Shown here in pieces: positions 49,068 through 53,331 of a stretch of DNA of 53,331 nucleotides. The stretch is from Flavobacteriaceae bacterium (GTDB lineage Bacteria > Bacteroidota > Bacteroidia > Flavobacteriales > Flavobacteriaceae): assembly GCA_017856205.1 (NCBI GenBank), contig JAFMFL010000001.1:1-53331 (forward strand), written 5' to 3'. A model generated the notes under the pieces. That model was not told the DNA's origin. It ran no database searches and was given only the letters and a program-made list of their open reading frames with translations. Every line of letters starts with the position of its first letter. Positions within the stretch are counted from its first letter, which is position 1. The position numbers and the translations under genes are program-made.

Positions 49068-50899
49068 TTTTTATGTTCTGAAGCTATTTTAGCCTTAAGC
49101 CAAGTTTCCCTAGTTCTCAGTTTGCAAATTATCCATCCAGTTTTTCCATCCAAAAATCCTCCACGCAAAATATAGCTGTTCAAAAACTTAAACGCAGGTT
49201 TTATGTACAAATTAAAAGACCCAATTCTTTTGTTTTGCTTTATATACGCTAGTGCAGCATAGTTCGCGTAACGGTCTATTTTTTTGGCATACCGCTCTAA
49301 ATCTGTTGTAGTGTAATGAATGATTTTACTTTTTAAACTTCCAAAAGGTTTGGTCTGTTCAATTTCTTCGTGCACCATTTTGTTTTCATACCTGTGAAAA
49401 TCTCGATGAAAAAAACGTACTACACGATCGTTTTGCCAACCACAAAACCTCACTTTTTTTCCTAAGAAATAGTTTTCTCTCCACATCCAATAGGCAGTGT
49501 GTTTGGGTCTAGTGTACAATAGGTTTTTTAACTCTGAAGCCAAATTTGGCGAGGCTTCTTCATCTGCATCAAGCAGCACAATCCAGGGATGCTTTGCATG
49601 AGGAATAGCCCAATTTTTTTGATCTGCAGCGTAGTTGTACTTGTGCTGTAAGACGGTCGCCCCTAAGTTTTCACAAATAGCAATAGTATTGTCTGTGCTG
49701 AAGGAGTCAATCACTAAAATTTCATCTGCCCATTCAATGGATTTTATGCATTTTTCAATGTTTTTTTCTTCGTTAAAAGTGGTAATTAATGCTGTGATTT
49801 TTGGAATGCTATTTTTTGTAAGGTAAACTGCCAATTTTTTATGAATGGTTGATTTGTCAAACGACTCCAAAACATGTTTTTGCGCAAAAGCACCCATGTT
49901 GGTAATATTTTCTCTGTTTTTATCAAAGGCAATAATAGCGTCACAAAATGTGCCAACTTCGTTTTTGGGAACCATAACACCAGATTTGTCTTGGGCAATA
50001 ACTTCTGGATTTGAACTTATATCAAAAGCAATTGTCGGTTTTTGACACAGTCCAGCCTCGGCAATAACATATCCAAAACCTTCCCATAGTGAGGGCAACA
50101 GAAAGATGTCGCCACTCATATACAAATCCTTTGGATTTTCAACAAATCCAACAAGTTGAACATAAGGTTCAAGCTTATGTGTACTAATTTTTGCTTCAAT
50201 AGAATCTTTAAGCCTGCCACTTCCACCAATAATCATATGAAAATTGATTCCGCGTGTTCGAAGCTCGTTGGCAACATCTATCAAAAAAAGTTGATTTTTT
50301 TGTTCTTCTAGCCGCCCGAGGTTTGTCAAAATCAGCTCCGATGATTTTCGTTTGTAATAGGGCTTGGATTTCTTTTTAATAAAGTCTTTTCCATCAATTC
50401 CGTTTGGAATTACAGTAATGTACTCTTTGGGGAAAAGTGTCGAGTTATTTTCCAAGATACAATGCATGGTAGCCTTTGAATTGACAAGAATTTCATCAAT
50501 TATACTTTTATATAAATACCGATTGAGCGGTGAATTCCGCACAGGAATAGCACTTCCTCTACGATAAATGATACGCTCAACTCCAGCCAATTTTCCAGCA
50601 ATTCCACCCGATTTAACATCTTGAGAAAGATTTAGTACTAAGGTGGAAATTCGATGCTTTTTGAGCATTTTAGCAAAATGCAATAGTTTTAGCGGATTTA
50701 AAAAACTGGTGTTGCTGTTGCTGATGGTTTTGTGGGGAATATTGTGCTTTTTTGCCTTTTGTGAAAGAGCACTTTTTTTATGGCAATAAATCAAAACTGA
50801 GTGCCCAGATTCGTGAAGGTGTTTTGCTATTTCAAAATGCCATTTTTCGCCGCCACCCCAAGGAATTGCCGTATTAAAAAAACAGATGGTTTTAATCAT
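49064..50899 (-). CDS. Two-domain glycosyltransferase: N-terminal GT4 (GT-B) fused to C-terminal GT2 (GT-A)
   Basis: Residues ~1-365 have the GT4 C-terminal EX7E region (LLPSLWEGFGYVIAEAGLCQKP). Residues ~366-611 form a GT2 module (ITALITTFNEEKNIEKCIKSI...VIDSFSTDNT...LDADEE). The ATGA overlaps with both neighbours were verified. Confidence 0.8.
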   Translation of the reverse strand: MIKTICFFNTAIPWGGGEKWHFEIAKHLHESGHSVLIYCHKKSALSQKAKKHNIPHKTISNSNTSFLNPLKLLHFAKMLKKHRISTLVLNLSQDVKSGGIAGKLAGVERIIYRRGSAIPVRNSPLNRYLYKSIIDEILVNSKATMHCILENNSTLFPKEYITVIPNGIDGKDFIKKKSKPYYKRKSSELILTNLGRLEEQKNQLFLIDVANELRTRGINFHMIIGGSGRLKDSIEAKISTHKLEPYVQLVGFVENPKDLYMSGDIFLLPSLWEGFGYVIAEAGLCQKPTIAFDISSNPEVIAQDKSGVMVPKNEVGTFCDAIIAFDKNRENITNMGAFAQKHVLESFDKSTIHKKLAVYLTKNSIPKITALITTFNEEKNIEKCIKSIEWADEILVIDSFSTDNTIAICENLGATVLQHKYNYAADQKNWAIPHAKHPWIVLLDADEEASPNLASELKNLLYTRPKHTAYWMWRENYFLGKKVRFCGWQNDRVVRFFHRDFHRYENKMVHEEIEQTKPFGSLKSKIIHYTTTDLERYAKKIDRYANYAALAYIKQNKRIGSFNLYIKPAFKFLNSYILRGGFLDGKTGWIICKLRTRETWLKAKIASEHKK

Positions 50900-52002
50900 A
50901 ACAATAGCGATTTATAAAGTGAGTGCCATTGTTTAGCTAAGGATTTGTCATTAAACTTTTGTACATAATCAAGCCCATCTGAAATCCGCTTTTTTCTTAA
51001 TTCGTCAGGCTCAGCATACAAGATTTCAACGGCTTTTCGCAGAGCTTTTTCATCTGTTGGATTAATGTAAATGCTTGATGGGCCACCTGCCTCCGAGAAA
51101 CATCCGCATTTAGTCGTAATAACGGGAACGCCACTGTAGAGCGCCTCTATGATTGGAATGCCAAATCCTTCAAAAAAGGAAGGATAGCAAAACACGGTAG
51201 CATTTTGATAAATTCCTACCAAGTCTTCAATACCAATGTGATTGATAAACAGCACACGGTCTAGCATATTATGTTCTTTTACAAAGGATTTTAATTTTTC
51301 GCCGTGTGCTTTTACTTTTCCAACAAATACCATGTCGTGTTTAGTTTCTTTCAAAGCCTTTGCAATAGACATCGCATTTTTTCGCTCTTCAAGTGTACCT
51401 ACATACAACACAAATTTTTTAGGCAGTTGATATTTTTTTGCAATTTCAGTAAGGCGTTTTTTAGAAAGCGTTGTTTTAAAAACAGGGTCACAGCCCTGAT
51501 AAATCACCTCAATTTTTTCAGACGAAATACCTGTAAACTGTACCAGGTCTGCTTTTGTTTGCTCGCTTATGGCAACCACTTTGGAAGCTGTTTTTAAGGC
51601 ATGATTTACCTTTTTCTTATGGATTGTTACATCAATTGATTTATACAGTTCAGGGTATCGATAAAAAATAAGGTCATGTACAGAAACTACAGATGGTATA
51701 GCAAGCCCTTTGGGCAATTCTCCACTAAGCCCATGATACACATCAATGCTATCCTGTTTTAATTGTCGCACTATCGGACCTTGACGCCAAAGCGCATGAA
51801 GCCCACGCCAAATTCCTCTTGGTTGGTGTTCTGTGGTGTTAGGCAATGCTTTCCAGCGTTTGAGTTTCCCCTTTTTTGGGTTGTAGAGGTGGTAGCTGTT
51901 TTTTGGATAATAGGTAGCCAAAATGCGAACCAAATCACGGCTGTAATTCCCCAACCCACTGGCGTTATGAAAAATTCGTTTGGCATCGTACCCTATACGC
52001 AT
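50896..52002 (-). CDS. Glycosyltransferase family 4 (GT-B, group 1) protein
   Basis: MRIGYDAKRIF...GLGNYSR, and the C-terminal motif YPSFFEGFGIPIIEALYSGVPVI. Confidence 0.85.
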   Translation of the reverse strand: MRIGYDAKRIFHNASGLGNYSRDLVRILATYYPKNSYHLYNPKKGKLKRWKALPNTTEHQPRGIWRGLHALWRQGPIVRQLKQDSIDVYHGLSGELPKGLAIPSVVSVHDLIFYRYPELYKSIDVTIHKKKVNHALKTASKVVAISEQTKADLVQFTGISSEKIEVIYQGCDPVFKTTLSKKRLTEIAKKYQLPKKFVLYVGTLEERKNAMSIAKALKETKHDMVFVGKVKAHGEKLKSFVKEHNMLDRVLFINHIGIEDLVGIYQNATVFCYPSFFEGFGIPIIEALYSGVPVITTKCGCFSEAGGPSSIYINPTDEKALRKAVEILYAEPDELRKKRISDGLDYVQKFNDKSLAKQWHSLYKSLLL

Positions 52003-52006
52003 AAAG

Positions 52007-52014
52007 CAAAATTA
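52007..52014 (-). promoter_or_regulatory. -7 promoter box TAATTTTG heading the minus-strand six-gene string
   Basis: The minus strand reads TAATTTTG, 4 nt before ATG 52002. Confidence 0.45.
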
Positions 52015-52083
52015 ATCCAATTAGTTCAGATTGTTATGATTTTAATTAAAGCCTATCTTAGCAAATGTCTTATTCGTTTTTTA

Positions 52084-52839
52084 ATGCATAAAATTAGTAC
52101 GGTTATAATAACTAAAAATGAGGAAACAAATATTGAAAGGTGTTTGCTGTCTGTGGTAGACTTTTCTGACGAAATTATTGTAGTAGACGACTTTTCAACG
52201 GATCAAACTCCTGCTATTTGTAAGCGCTACCATGTTGTTTTTGTTCAAAATGAGTTTAAAGATTTTGCCTTCCAAAAAAATATTGCTTTATCAAAGGCGA
52301 AGCACGCATTGGTTTTTTCGATTGATGCTGACGAAGAGGTGTCTGAAAAACTTAAGCAATCTATTTTGGCAGTTAAATCGAATTCTGATAGCTTATTTTA
52401 TTCTATGAATAGGCAAACAAATTATTTGGGTAAGTGGATCCGTTATTCAGGTTGGTATCCCGACACAAAAATTAGATTGTGGCAAAAAGAACACGCACGT
52501 TGGCAAGGTGCTGTTCATGAGGTTTTACAGCCAAAACCACAAGAAGTTAAGCATCTAAAAGGCGACATACTTCATTATTCATTTCCATCCTTGCAATGGC
52601 ACATTTCCAAATTAAATCATTTTACGGATATCGCAGCAGAACTTATGTTTTCACGAAATAAGCGGGTGAGTTTGATGAAAATGCTGTTCTCAATGAAATT
52701 TAATTTTATAAAAAAATATGTTCTTCAGCTTGGGTTTTTAGATGGATATCACGGGTTTTTAATCGCTTTGATGTCTTCATATTATACCCTATTGAAATAC
52801 GCTAAACTCCGTCATTTGCAATCAAAAGCAAAAAAATAA
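52084..52839 (+). CDS. Glycosyltransferase family 2 protein (paralog of the GT2 module at 49064-50899)
   Basis: The start is set at ATG 52084 (MHKISTVIITKNEETNIERCLLSV...VVDDFSTDQT...IDADEE). ATG 52036 is an alternative. The track ORF from 51763 overlaps the divergent GT4 gene. Confidence 0.8.
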   Translation: MHKISTVIITKNEETNIERCLLSVVDFSDEIIVVDDFSTDQTPAICKRYHVVFVQNEFKDFAFQKNIALSKAKHALVFSIDADEEVSEKLKQSILAVKSNSDSLFYSMNRQTNYLGKWIRYSGWYPDTKIRLWQKEHARWQGAVHEVLQPKPQEVKHLKGDILHYSFPSLQWHISKLNHFTDIAAELMFSRNKRVSLMKMLFSMKFNFIKKYVLQLGFLDGYHGFLIALMSSYYTLLKYAKLRHLQSKAKK

Positions 52840-52841
52840 GG

Positions 52842-53331
52842 ATGAATATTGTAGGATTTTCTTTTATCAAAAATGCAATAAAATATGATTTTCCTGTTGT
52901 GGAGTCAATTAAGTCTACACTGCCACTTTGTGATAAATTCTACATAGCTGTCGGGAAATCTGAGGATGATACCCTAGAATTGATTCACAGTATTGATAAG
53001 GATAAAATTGTTGTTATAGAAACAGAGTGGGATGAATCACACCGTGAGGGTGGGCATGTGTTGGCGTTAGAAACAAACAAAGCCATGCAAGCATTACCCG
53101 CTGATACAGATTGGGCAATCTATATTCAAGGAGATGAGTTGTTTCATGAAAAGGATTATGCGACTATTCGTGCTGCAATGAACAACCATCACAATAACCC
53201 TAAAGTTGAGGGTCTTCTATTTAATTATCTCCATTTCTATGGCTCTTACAGTTATGTGGCTGAGTCATATGTTTGGTATCCTAGAGAGGTACGTGTGTTA
53301 AAGTATAATCCCACTATATTCTCTTACAAAG
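52842..53331 (+). CDS. Putative glycosyltransferase, 3'-truncated at the window edge (absent from the ORF track)
   Basis: The reading frame from ATG 52842 is open to the end of the window. It translates as MNIVGFSFIKNAIKYDFPVVESIKSTLPLCDKFYIAVGKSEDDTLELIHSI...IYIQGDELFHE. The gene sits in the glycosyltransferase cluster, and my family assignment from memory is tentative. Confidence 0.55.
   Translation, partial: MNIVGFSFIKNAIKYDFPVVESIKSTLPLCDKFYIAVGKSEDDTLELIHSIDKDKIVVIETEWDESHREGGHVLALETNKAMQALPADTDWAIYIQGDELFHEKDYATIRAAMNNHHNNPKVEGLLFNYLHFYGSYSYVAESYVWYPREVRVLKYNPTIFSYK

Noticed and set aside
51763-52083. 107-codon N-terminal extension of the GT2 gene at 52084.
   Set aside because: It overlaps the 5' part of the divergent GT4 gene on the opposite strand and the intergenic promoter region. 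The GT2 fold begins at MHKISTVIITKNEE.

Overview
This window reads as a gene-dense core-chromosome segment from a Bacteroidota genome, most likely Flavobacteriia. Three things support that placement: recurrent TAnnTTTG -7 promoter boxes, no Shine-Dalgarno motifs, and the rpoC-DUF3467 and rpmB-rpmG-DUF4295 gene orders. About 50 protein genes are supported, nearly all housekeeping. They include rpoB (5'-truncated), rpoC, prfC, idi, htpG, fabH, recR, a 2-oxoacid dehydrogenase E2, cinA, rpmB/rpmG, ftsY, rimO, bshC, guaA, pyrG, yidC, mnmA, lysA, sucC, hsp20, uvrB, an ABC-2 exporter pair, ctaA, a CCA-adding enzyme and a TsaC-like protein. The right end carries a glycosyltransferase cluster that runs off the window. 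I found no rRNA, tRNA, CRISPR array, transposase, integrase, toxin-antitoxin pair or recognisable defence island. I therefore do not claim a new multi-gene system here. The items most worth follow-up are listed below. (1) An orphan promoter-to-terminator unit of about 135 nt with no ORF lies between htpG and fabH and could be an sRNA or a fabH attenuator. (2) An uncharacterised 354-aa protein has RIO/Kdo-kinase-like motif order and sits divergent from the ABC-2 exporter. (3) At least nine genes have a -7 box only 3-7 nt from the start codon, which predicts leaderless mRNAs. (4) Two GACA-N3-TGTC palindromes lie upstream of hsp20. (5) There is a GT4-GT2 fusion glycosyltransferase, and a tightly overlapped six-gene string mixes glycosyltransferase, tRNA-modification/maturation and heme A genes. 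Several ORF-track starts were trimmed to conserved N-termini. Two CDSs missing from the track were added: a 50-aa DUF4295 gene and the 3'-truncated final gene.
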